A DNA stretch of 62,900 nucleotides, filler included. It is 7 parts of 7 records of this genome, joined end to end, with 100 filler letters (N's around TTAATTAATTAA, not from the genome) between each part and the next. Parts side by side here need not be neighbours in the genome. Positions count along the whole stretch, not along the records: positions 1 to 9,567 come from SRR31147125_21166; positions 9,668 to 20,828 come from SRR31147125_21169; 5 more parts are not named here. One strand, given 5' to 3'. The position numbers and the translations under genes are program-made. Within the stretch, counting starts at the first letter, position 1. The number at the start of each line of letters is the position of its first letter. Shown here piece after piece: positions 1 through 9,890 of the stretch. Under the pieces are notes generated by a model. The model did no database searches. It worked only from the letters and a program-made list of their open reading frames with translations, and was not told the DNA's origin.

Positions 1-216
1 AAAAATCCAATATGAATATATAGGCAAATCTTATATCTCCTAATGAAATGATTTAAAAGTAAAGACTATGTAGAAAAACATTATGTACTACAGTAGGTTT
101 ATTCTTTTAACCAATTGGCCAAATATATTATATTTATTACTAGGCGCTATATTAAACTTCTGTAAATGAATATGCACTTTTTACATTTAAAAAATAAAAT
201 AAAATAAAAGTAAATA

Positions 217-936
217 TTAAATTAAAAACTTTTCTCTATTGTTTTGCCACCAAAGACGTAAGAAGACTATAACAAACCCAAAAAAAGTAAATAACAATGC
301 ACCAACACCTATATTTCTGTTAAAATCTACACTTGCATATGTTACATATGGCTCTTTTAATATTTCAACATAAGTATTATCAATTGTAGAAGCTAAATAA
401 TCTGTTGTTGATGCAATAATAGAATCTTTGATCTCTTGTTCATAAACTCCCAACGAAGAATCTAGCGAAAAAACAATGTTCAAAACAAGCTCTTCTTGCT
501 TATAATATCTTTTAGTATATTCATTTTCTAAATATTCTTGAAAATTATCAATCAATGCATAGTTAATTTCATTAGCTAGTTCAGCATCACTATTCGTTAC
601 TGTGATTTCAAATAACCCGTTATTTAAGGAATTAATTGAAAAACTTCCTAGAGATTCTATATCTAAATCTTTTTTCACACCCTCAATTACTTCTTTATGC
701 TTAAAAAGAATTGTAACCTTGTCATTTATGATTTTATTATTTATAGATGATACTAACACGATGTTGGATTTGCTCATCGGTTCAATCTTGCTTTTCTGAT
801 AAATAGATAATAAAAGCCCAAAAATCAAACCAATAACTAGCATAGCAATTATTATCCATTTTCCTTTTAAAACAACATTTACTATTTCAATAAATGAAAT
901 CTCGTCATACTTATTAGCACTGTTTCTTTCGACCAT
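217..936 (-). CDS. Wzz/CpsC-like polysaccharide chain-length determinant
   Basis: N-terminal DEISFIEIVNVVLKGKWII motif, N- and C-terminal TM helices, polysaccharide locus context. Confidence 0.8.
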   Translation of the reverse strand: MVERNSANKYDEISFIEIVNVVLKGKWIIIAMLVIGLIFGLLLSIYQKSKIEPMSKSNIVLVSSINNKIINDKVTILFKHKEVIEGVKKDLDIESLGSFSINSLNNGLFEITVTNSDAELANEINYALIDNFQEYLENEYTKRYYKQEELVLNIVFSLDSSLGVYEQEIKDSIIASTTDYLASTIDNTYVEILKEPYVTYASVDFNRNIGVGALLFTFFGFVIVFLRLWWQNNREKFLI

Positions 937-2039
937 AATTCCTCCAAATACTAATTAACCACCACAATATTTTAGCACAACAGTAAAATATAAGCAACTA
1001 TATATCCGAATTGTAAATTTTATCTTTCTGAATATTAGTATATTGCATTTTCATGCCTAACATCAAATTTTCAGAGTTTTACTATTTGTATATTAGAACT
1101 ATAAATCACAAACTTTTGCTACTATGCATTTATTATAATTAAGCACCTTAATGGACTCTCCAATTATCATTTTAGTTATTAGCTCGCGCAATTTTGAGTT
1201 TTTGTGCCAAACTAGTCTGCTTCATCTCACTTTTTTTTGCTGATTTTTTACCCAACACACATTCACGCAAACATATATAGATGAATAGTTTCATTTTCTC
1301 TATATAATTATCAAGTATAAACAAAACAATCTCTTTATTTATATATTGTTATATAACTTAATTTAATATTTGATAATGAGTTCAAATTTGAGAGATACTA
1401 TTTACGCAAATCCTAAATAGATACGATGAATATCGCTGCAACCCTGATATATTCCATCAAAATCACTATTAATACGTAGCCACTTTATATCTAAATAATA
1501 TTCATGCAGTTTGTGTAAGCCTTATATGTATTTATTAATGAGATTTATTAGTTTAATCAAATTATTCGTAACATCTTAAAATATATTATAAATAACATGA
1601 CAGCGTACTAACAATATATGAAGATATATGGGAATCTTACTGCCATCTATTATTTATTATATTTACTGTTACATTTCATAATTAAATAATCAATACATAT
1701 ATTCCCCAATACAAACATCTTGTTAGTAATTACAATGATATCATAATTATTTAAATATTATTTAAACAACTCTTATTTCATCTCACATTAACCTTTAATA
1801 CTCACATTTGTATTTTCAATTCCAATACTTATATCATTTAAAGAATAATATTTTTTCTTATTAATTTGATAATTCTTATTAGTATATTCAACTACTGTGG
1901 TAGCTATACCATAGCAATATTCAAGTAATGAATTTAATCAATTGACAAATCTGGTATTTCAAAACTATTTCATATATCTCAAGGCTTTTGTTTAAATATT
2001 TTTTCATTACAACTTCCAGCGTAATTCCAATATCCTGTT

Positions 2040-3452
2040 TTAATAAGCTCCTTTCCCCTTAAATAGAGCCTTGAATGTCTTAAATATTATACGGATATCT
2101 TCCCATATCGTCCAGTTAACTATATAATCTCTATCTAGCTTGACAACTTCTTCAAAATCGATTACATCACTCCTACCACTAACCTGCCACTTGCCTGTTA
2201 TTCCTGGAATAATTGAGAGTCTTACAAAATGATGATTTTCATAATTTTTCACTTCATCTACTGTTGGAGGTCTAGTTCCAACAAGGCTCATAGTCCCTAA
2301 AAACACATTGATAAACTGGGGCAACTCGTCTATACTTGTCTTTCTTAAAAATTTACCGATTTTTGTAACTCTCGGATCATTATCTATTTTAAACATATGT
2401 CCAGAAATTTTATTTTCTTTCATAAGTTCAGATTTTCTAGATTCAGCATCCTCATACATGGTTCTATATTTGTAAATATAAAATTGTCTCCTATTTTTCC
2501 CAACTCTTTTCTGTTTAAAAAGAACGGGTCCTTTGCTTTGGATTTTTATCAAAGGTGCAAATATTATAAAACTTATAAAAAATATCAACAAGCCAACAAC
2601 TGATCCAATAATATCCATAATCCTCTTTATAAAAAGCTGTCCACTATTTAATTCAGCTATGGAATATTGAACCGCTGGCACATCAGATATTATCATTTTC
2701 TGATAACTATCAAATTCATCTAGATATGGCTCTAAGGTTGTCACAATCGTAATCCCTATATCTCTACTCTTTAAAAGAAGTTTCTTAACAGATTCATCAT
2801 CAGTAATTGATTTATCAACCACTATTTTATCAATAACTCTTTCAGTTAAAATACAATTAAAACAATCGATCTCTCCTAAGTATTCAATATCTAGGGCCTC
2901 CATTTTGTCGCTTCTTTCGTCTTTGATATAGCCTACAACTTCACCCAATAAATACATATTTTGGTTTACATAGTCATAATAGTTCATAATACTCTTAGAT
3001 GATCCAACAAATAGAATTTTAGAACGATTTATGTCATTAAAGTTCTTTACAAAAAAAGGCATAGTAAAACGACCAAGAATTAATAATAGTATAGCAGTAA
3101 CAACATAAGCTATAAGGAACTTCTCCCCCATTCCTTTATTATTATTAACAATACGCACCAAAATTTCAGACACTATTGTGCTGATAAAAACAATTATTGT
3201 AATTTTAAAATACTTTTTAAAATTATTACTTTTAACTCGAATATCGTCATTATATATATTGAATACTATGAACATCAATATACAAAATGCAGATGCCACA
3301 ATATTAAAGAAAGATCCTTTTAACGAACTTGCTATTTGATAGTGCAGTATTTTTTTAAAAATATGACCACATAGCATATTGCAAATTTGCAATATAAACA
3401 AGTCCATTATCATGTATTGTAACTTTAGCAATCTTTGTTTAGTTCTTAGCAT
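2040..3452 (-). CDS. Priming glycosyltransferase (polyprenyl-phosphate sugar-1-phosphate transferase, WcaJ/CpsE family)
   Basis: Four N-terminal TMs; C-terminal motifs KRIMDI, YKYRTM, DPRVT, LRKTSIDELPQ, MSLVGTRP, PGITG. Confidence 0.93.
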   Translation of the reverse strand: MLRTKQRLLKLQYMIMDLFILQICNMLCGHIFKKILHYQIASSLKGSFFNIVASAFCILMFIVFNIYNDDIRVKSNNFKKYFKITIIVFISTIVSEILVRIVNNNKGMGEKFLIAYVVTAILLLILGRFTMPFFVKNFNDINRSKILFVGSSKSIMNYYDYVNQNMYLLGEVVGYIKDERSDKMEALDIEYLGEIDCFNCILTERVIDKIVVDKSITDDESVKKLLLKSRDIGITIVTTLEPYLDEFDSYQKMIISDVPAVQYSIAELNSGQLFIKRIMDIIGSVVGLLIFFISFIIFAPLIKIQSKGPVLFKQKRVGKNRRQFYIYKYRTMYEDAESRKSELMKENKISGHMFKIDNDPRVTKIGKFLRKTSIDELPQFINVFLGTMSLVGTRPPTVDEVKNYENHHFVRLSIIPGITGKWQVSGRSDVIDFEEVVKLDRDYIVNWTIWEDIRIIFKTFKALFKGKGAY

Positions 3453-3632
3453 ATTTCCTATTTCTCCAACTATCCTTTAATGTGACTAAATTATAAAAAT
3501 ATATTTTTACAATAGCTATTCTGAATATTGCCATACTTATTTATTCATAAAATACACCGTGTTTAGGGTGCTTCATTAAAAAAACTGTTATTATGCTTAA
3601 CCGTATGTTCATCATATACAGCACAATGGTTT

Positions 3633-4844
3633 TCATCTATTCAGTTGCATACCTCTTGTTTTTTTATAATAAAAGCCCAGTCCCATCATCAAAAGCAAAA
3701 GAGCTAAAGATGCATCACTGACTGCTTGATCGAATATCATAGTTGCAAGCAAAGCTAATAAGTATATTACATCTACCCATTCAAAATTACTTATCACCTT
3801 CAATGCAAATCTCCAAAAGAAAAGCATCGTAAATACTCCAGCAACTGGTATAGAATACAGTCCGGCTTCGTTAAAAAAAATATTATGAAAGTTACTTGCA
3901 TATACAGTATCACCAGCATCATTATATGCATAGTGCCTAGCCCTTGCAAAGAACTCTTCATCCATACCCATCGGATATTCAGAAAGACTTCTTACTGCCC
4001 ACGTCCAAATAGGTACTCGATTACCTAATGTTGCTATATCGCGTTTTGTCGAAACAAAATATATTAAACCAACTCCAACAATAACCATCAGTATTAATGC
4101 AGCAATTATTTTTTTTGACTTAAAGCCATTTTCTCCAATCTCATAATTAAACCAAAACGCTACCATCATTAGAATAGCACCGCCAATAGATGTAATTGAT
4201 TGCGTCAAAACCAAAGCAAGCAAAATTAAAAGAATACGAACCCATCTGAATTTTAGCTGTTTAAACTTTAAGCACACTAGCAAAAAAGCATTAAGCATCA
4301 ATCCATGTTCTGATTTATGTGCGAAAATATATGTCAACCTATCTCCATACATATCTCCACGCCTCAAAACTCCAAAATTAATACCATCCGTATATATTTG
4401 CCCATAACCCAGCACAAAATATAGAAATAAGCTGACTAAAATGGCTATAGTAAATAGATTCGCTAGCCAGTTCAAAATAAATTCAAAATTCTCTTCGTCT
4501 ATCATATACTTTTCAAAAAGTATATATATAAATAGAAAAATTATTGTTTTGTGAATCATAGGCATATATTTTGGATAGAAGAAAATATTATAGGCCATAA
4601 ATACAGCCACATAAACAGCTAATACATATAGGTATTTGTTTGGTTTTTCAAAAATCAATCTTCCTTTATCGATTATTTCAAGCAATACAAACATTCCTAA
4701 AAACACAACAGGCAATATAAATGTAAGATGATACTGATTCAAAGTATGTTTGGTTACTGGTAAAAACAATGAAGTCACCATAAACAGCAACAAGCATACT
4801 TGAGAAAAGTTATAGTTATATATTTTTTTTAGTCTTCTTTTCAT
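3633..4844 (-). CDS. Wzy polymerase / O-antigen ligase family membrane protein
   Basis: About 10-11 hydrophobic segments, LTQS motif, late loop with FHNIF (Wzy_C-like His), locus context. Confidence 0.75.
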   Translation of the reverse strand: MKRRLKKIYNYNFSQVCLLLFMVTSLFLPVTKHTLNQYHLTFILPVVFLGMFVLLEIIDKGRLIFEKPNKYLYVLAVYVAVFMAYNIFFYPKYMPMIHKTIIFLFIYILFEKYMIDEENFEFILNWLANLFTIAILVSLFLYFVLGYGQIYTDGINFGVLRRGDMYGDRLTYIFAHKSEHGLMLNAFLLVCLKFKQLKFRWVRILLILLALVLTQSITSIGGAILMMVAFWFNYEIGENGFKSKKIIAALILMVIVGVGLIYFVSTKRDIATLGNRVPIWTWAVRSLSEYPMGMDEEFFARARHYAYNDAGDTVYASNFHNIFFNEAGLYSIPVAGVFTMLFFWRFALKVISNFEWVDVIYLLALLATMIFDQAVSDASLALLLLMMGLGFYYKKTRGMQLNR

Positions 4845-4970
4845 ATTTTTCCTTTTCTTTGCAATTTTTGTCCACAGCGTTGATGGTTTATCGATTTCAA
4901 GCTATTCATTAAATATTTTTTATAATAAAACAGCTACGTATTTAGTATAATTAATTCACTTTTATATTTT

Positions 4971-6443
4971 TCACATCAACTCATTCCAAAATTCATAAAA
5001 CTCTTCGGTTTTAATCGACCAATCCCATTCTTTTATCGAGTTAAGATTTTCCTCAGACAGCTCTTTGAAAAACTCTTTTCTTTTTAGTATCTTTGTCATA
5101 GCTTCAACCATACACTCCACGCTACGCTTTTTAAGTATAAATTCCTTTTGCTTTTGACCAAATGCATCTGGAACAATACCAACATCAGTAGTTATCACTG
5201 GAATGCCACATGCCATAGATTCTAAAATTGGATTTGGAGTTCCTTCATACAATGAGGCACATAAGTAACAATCTATAGACGAGTAGAAGTTTGGCATTTC
5301 GTCATGAGATATAAAACCGTCTTTGGCATCTAATAATGCTATCTCAATATTATAACCCTGATTTTTAAGCACTTCAATAGCAGGTTTTATAATCGTATGA
5401 ATACCTTTTAGATCAGTAAAAGATTTACCTTCGACCACCCATTTGCTATTTCCTACCCAACCAAAAATGATTGTTCGATTTTCCATACTGTTAAACCTAC
5501 TTAAATTCATTGGTTTAAACATATCTAAATCTACACCGTCAGTAATTACACAGCTTGGTTTTAACTTTATTGATTCAGAAGTACTATATATATCTAATAT
5601 CTTTTTGCTGGAAACAGTATAAGCATCAGCAAGAGAATTATCGTTGCTAAAAATCGATTCACTTATGCATATATTATCTTTATCCATTAGCAAATGATCA
5701 TAAACTCCAGCCGTTATTTTCTTTGATTTTATATATTTATTATAATGATTCTCTACACTTATATAATAGCTTTTTATGTATTTTTGACAATCCTTTTCCC
5801 AGTACTCATAAAGTTTTTTTCTCCAAAAAAAATAAATTATATCGCAGTCTTTTAAAAGATAAAGCATATCAGCTATGTTGTGCACATCTTTTTCATAAAC
5901 TGTTTGAAAATCAAATTTATCACTTAAATATTTTTTTATTTGAATAGCTATATTGTCATATGCCCAATTTGGCATATCAATTGATAAACCAACTTTCATC
6001 TTTTTTTCTGAGTTTCCCTTAGTGCTCTCTTTTTTCGCAAGTGGAATATCTGCATCAGCTCTTTTCACATTATCAATCTTATTTTTGGATTTAATAATTT
6101 TCTTTAGGGCATTAACTGTTTTAATAAAAAATATATTAGATTTAGATTTAACGATAGTTTTATAATAGTTGCATGAACTGCATAAAACAATATTTAAATC
6201 AATAATTCGATTGATCTCTCTTTTAAGTTCACTTTTTTCTTTATCAGAATCAATATTTTCTCTTTTCAATAGCTCTTCATCAATATTATAAAACGGCTTT
6301 ATACTTTTATTTTTTGTACGAAACATTTTATTATATAGTTTATAACTAAATGAACTAAAAGTTTTTTTATATTCTTGTTCATGAAGAAGTAAAATACTGT
6401 GAATATTTCTTAATCTCTCCAACTTGATATCCATATCACTCAT
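4971..6443 (-). CDS. Glycosyltransferase family 4 (GT-B), paralog 1
   Basis: DGVDL, ASLYEGTPNPILESMACGIPVITTDVG (E-x7-E motif). Confidence 0.9.
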   Translation of the reverse strand: MSDMDIKLERLRNIHSILLLHEQEYKKTFSSFSYKLYNKMFRTKNKSIKPFYNIDEELLKRENIDSDKEKSELKREINRIIDLNIVLCSSCNYYKTIVKSKSNIFFIKTVNALKKIIKSKNKIDNVKRADADIPLAKKESTKGNSEKKMKVGLSIDMPNWAYDNIAIQIKKYLSDKFDFQTVYEKDVHNIADMLYLLKDCDIIYFFWRKKLYEYWEKDCQKYIKSYYISVENHYNKYIKSKKITAGVYDHLLMDKDNICISESIFSNDNSLADAYTVSSKKILDIYSTSESIKLKPSCVITDGVDLDMFKPMNLSRFNSMENRTIIFGWVGNSKWVVEGKSFTDLKGIHTIIKPAIEVLKNQGYNIEIALLDAKDGFISHDEMPNFYSSIDCYLCASLYEGTPNPILESMACGIPVITTDVGIVPDAFGQKQKEFILKKRSVECMVEAMTKILKRKEFFKELSEENLNSIKEWDWSIKTEEFYEFWNELM

Positions 6444-6531
6444 ATCATCTTTCTCCTTTTTCGCAATATCTGAACTTCACGTACAAGCACCTAAAATCCA
6501 CTTAAAAAATCACTACTAAAATCATTTACTA

Positions 6532-7836
6532 TTAAAGCAGACTGTTCCAAAAGAAAGCAAAATTTTCGGCTTTAATAGACCAATCCCAAGTTTTTATTGA
6601 ACTCAGATTTTCACAAGACAACTCTTGAAAATATGCTTTTTTGCTTACAATCTTTCTGATAGCATCAACCATACACTCAACACTACGTTCTTTAAGGATG
6701 AATTCTTGTTGTTTTTCACCAAACACCTCCGGAACAATACCCACATCAGTAGTTATCACCGGAACCCCGCATGCTATAGATTCTAAAATCGGATTAGGTG
6801 TTCCCTCATACAACGAAGCACATAAGTAACAATCTATAGATGCATAGTAATCAGGCATCTTATCATGTGGAATATATTCATCTTGTTCATCAGATGTATA
6901 GAGTTTGATATTATAACCCTCATCTTTTAAAATTTTTATCGCAGGTTTTATTATGCTTTTTATTCCCTTTAAATCATCTACACCTTTAACATCCCATTTA
7001 CTGTTACCTACCCACCCAAATACAACCGCTCTATCATTTAGACTCTCAAATCTTTCAAGATTTCCTGGACCAAACAAATCAAGGTCTACTCCATCAGCAT
7101 TGACACAGCTTGGTTTTAGCGTACTTAAATCAGATTCGTCATATATTTTCTTCAGCTTCTCACTTGAAACATAATAACTATCTACAATCGTATCTTTTCC
7201 AAATATACTTTTTGTTTTTTCCGAGTCGTCTCCACATAAATAAAGATGATCATAAACCGCAGTGGTAATCAATTTATTTTTTATATATTCATCATAAAAT
7301 GATTCTTGCGAATACCCTTGTTGCTTGATTCTATTTTGAATAAGTTCTGCTTTATATGCTAAAAGTTCACCACGCCAAAAGAAATGTATTATATCATAAT
7401 CCTTAGCAAGTATAAACACTTCATCTAAGTGTTGAACAAGCTTTGTGTTAATTATTGTAAATTCAAATTGGCTATACAGATTGTTTATAACCTGTTTTGC
7501 AATATTATGAAGCGCCCAGTTTGGTCTATCCACTACAAGCGCCACTTTAGGCTTTTTATGATTTATTTTAAAAGTCTTTATATCATTAATTTGTTCAGAA
7601 ATGTCAACTTCTTCCTGCCTCTTCATAAGCCTTTTTATATTCTTTAAAAAGGCACTGATTTTAAAAATTTTTGAGCTTTCAAAAGAGCTGATATAACTTT
7701 CTTGCAAATCTACTCTTTTCCACAATAACTGATTTTCTTGAATTGCAATTTTGTTGAGCATGGTAAGGTGATCTATTTTCTCTTCTAATTTATCAATTTT
7801 TTCATTTGTGGTATCTGCATTCTCTTTCATATCCAT
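6532..7836 (-). CDS. Glycosyltransferase family 4 (GT-B), paralog 2
   Basis: ASLYEGTPNPILESIACGVPVITTDVG; clearly homologous to 4971-6443. Confidence 0.9.
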   Translation of the reverse strand: MDMKENADTTNEKIDKLEEKIDHLTMLNKIAIQENQLLWKRVDLQESYISSFESSKIFKISAFLKNIKRLMKRQEEVDISEQINDIKTFKINHKKPKVALVVDRPNWALHNIAKQVINNLYSQFEFTIINTKLVQHLDEVFILAKDYDIIHFFWRGELLAYKAELIQNRIKQQGYSQESFYDEYIKNKLITTAVYDHLYLCGDDSEKTKSIFGKDTIVDSYYVSSEKLKKIYDESDLSTLKPSCVNADGVDLDLFGPGNLERFESLNDRAVVFGWVGNSKWDVKGVDDLKGIKSIIKPAIKILKDEGYNIKLYTSDEQDEYIPHDKMPDYYASIDCYLCASLYEGTPNPILESIACGVPVITTDVGIVPEVFGEKQQEFILKERSVECMVDAIRKIVSKKAYFQELSCENLSSIKTWDWSIKAENFAFFWNSLL

Positions 7837-7883
7837 TGCCCTTTCATTGTGTTTTATCCTTAATGTATATCACAACGACTAAA

Positions 7884-9567
7884 TTATCTTTTAAGTATAT
7901 TTTTAATCTTACTTATAAAAATATTTTTATCTGTCATCCAAAGATAGAGTGCCTTTTTAAACTTGCCACCCATAACATTCTGCACTTTTTGATAGGTTTC
8001 TGTATACTTATCCAACTCTTTATAATTTACTATCTTTTGATCCGCAATATTTCTTTTCCATTCTTCAACAGTAAACTCACCTGGCATTAAATCCTTATCC
8101 AAGTGCTCAAAAGCTTTTCGATCAAGGTCTAAAGTGTAATTTATAAAAAACATCATAAAATAACTACTGTATACAGGGTTGCTTGAGCAGCTATTTATAT
8201 TGCTCATTCCTTTACTGTAATCCGAAACAAAATCTAATGCGCCTTTGAACATTTTTTGCTTGATTTGACTTCGAATATAATTTTCGCTATGATCATCTAT
8301 AAAACAAAAATCCATTATCTCACTGTTTAAAAAACAAGAACTATGATATATGTTTAATTTATGATCCCTCAAAAAATCAATATTGTTTGTTGACTTAAGT
8401 ATCAAAAGCCTATTCTCTGTACCAACCTTTCTATCCAACTCATTTCCATCATAGCTTACATAAATTTTTTCAACGCTGCTATCATAAAATATTTTTCGTA
8501 TATCATTTTTATTTTGAGCATATATCTTATAAGCTTTTTCAAATATTTTATAATTGCAATCTAAAAACTGTACATCTGCATGTTGTTGCCCTGTACGAAA
8601 AATCCAATCAACAACGCCAGCAAGATACGTGCCTAATGCAGCATACCCTATAGCATACAAATCACCACCAAAAAAGCTTTGTCTACCAGCCTCATCAAAA
8701 GGATTATCTTCGAATCGGTTTGCAATAAGCTTAAGCATGTATCTAAAGCTTCTATCCTTATATGCCGAATCAAAATTTACTGCTCCATTTGTATGAATGT
8801 CGCAAAGTGATCTTATGCCACGCTTTTCATAAAAATTGTTAATTGTATTTGGTACCACTATAGTATTTTTCTTATTAGTTTCTTTATCATCCGAGGATTT
8901 AAAGTATAAACTATCCTCTCTTTCAGATCCGCTATACTCAAAAGCAATATCAGCATACCCTGAATAACCGTTATCTTGCAATATCTTTTTGTGTGTACTC
9001 ATATCAAAAGATTCGCTTCCAATAATAATAATCTTTTTACCAATATCACATGCTAATTCATATAAATTTTTGCCATATTCTCTCTTCATAAAAAGTGAAG
9101 GATATTTAGATTTATCTATAGAAGAGAATACGCTGTTAAAATCATCTTGGCATGAAAAAACGTCGTTTACAAGAACACCAAATAGATCAAACGCAACACA
9201 TTTGACAGTATCGGATACTATTTTCTTTTGCATCTGGTTTTCTATTTCATTACACTCAACAACATAAGTATATGAAAAATCATCGTTAAGGGTTGGATAC
9301 CCTTCATTTACTTGACTAAATGATTGTTTCAAACTAGAAACAGCGTCATCCTTTTGTTGTTTAGTTATATCTAAAAGCGAAAATGTTTTACACCAATATC
9401 TAAACGCTCTTTCTTTTGAAGCCAGTATGTTTTCGATTATCTTACATGGAACATTGTTTTTTTTGTAGAAATCTAAGACATAATCATAAACAAAAACTGT
9501 ATCCTCTATATACTTCTCGTATTTTGAAATATCACTTGTTCGTTGTGCTGTAGAAGAGCCTTCGTTC
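7884..9567 (-). CDS. 5'-truncated protein, probably GT2 C-terminus fused to a degenerate HAD-like domain
   Basis: Frame of ORF 7884-9332 stays open to the contig edge (NEGSSTAQRTSDISKYEKYIEDTVFVY...); VAFDLFGVLV resembles the SFDIFDTL motif of polysaccharide-locus HAD proteins. Confidence 0.55.
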
Positions 9568-9667
9568 NNNNNNNNNNNNNNNNNNNNNNNNNNNNNNNNN
9601 NNNNNNNNNNNTTAATTAATTAANNNNNNNNNNNNNNNNNNNNNNNNNNNNNNNNNNNNNNNNNNNN
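9568..9667. other. Artificial contig spacer
   Basis: 44 N + TTAATTAATTAA + 44 N. Confidence 0.99.
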
Positions 9668-9797
9668 AAAATCCGCTGGAGTAGGTGAAGGATCCGAATC
9701 GAAATTAACAGTTTGGCGCAATACAGGTGGGTGGGGTACTCTGGTTTCCGAAGTGTGGCTTTATAAAAACGACAACAAGCCTCACGATGTTCGCTAG
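9668..9797 (+). CDS. 3' end of a truncated gene; C-terminus similar to the next gene
   Basis: KSAGVGEGSESKLTVWRNTGGWGTLVSEVWLYK...stop at 9795-9797; GTLVSEVWL resembles GAQVAEIWL ending the downstream gene. Confidence 0.6.
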
Positions 9798-9890
9798 GAC
9801 TATATGAAATTAAGGTATTTTCTCTCTTTAAATCAATACATTGCTAATTTAAATAACTGTCCAATATGTTTGAAAAAATGAGGTGAAATT

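Noticed and set aside
9612-9623. TTAATTAATTAA palindrome repeated six times
   Set aside because: Always centred in N runs; an artificial linker with stops in all frames
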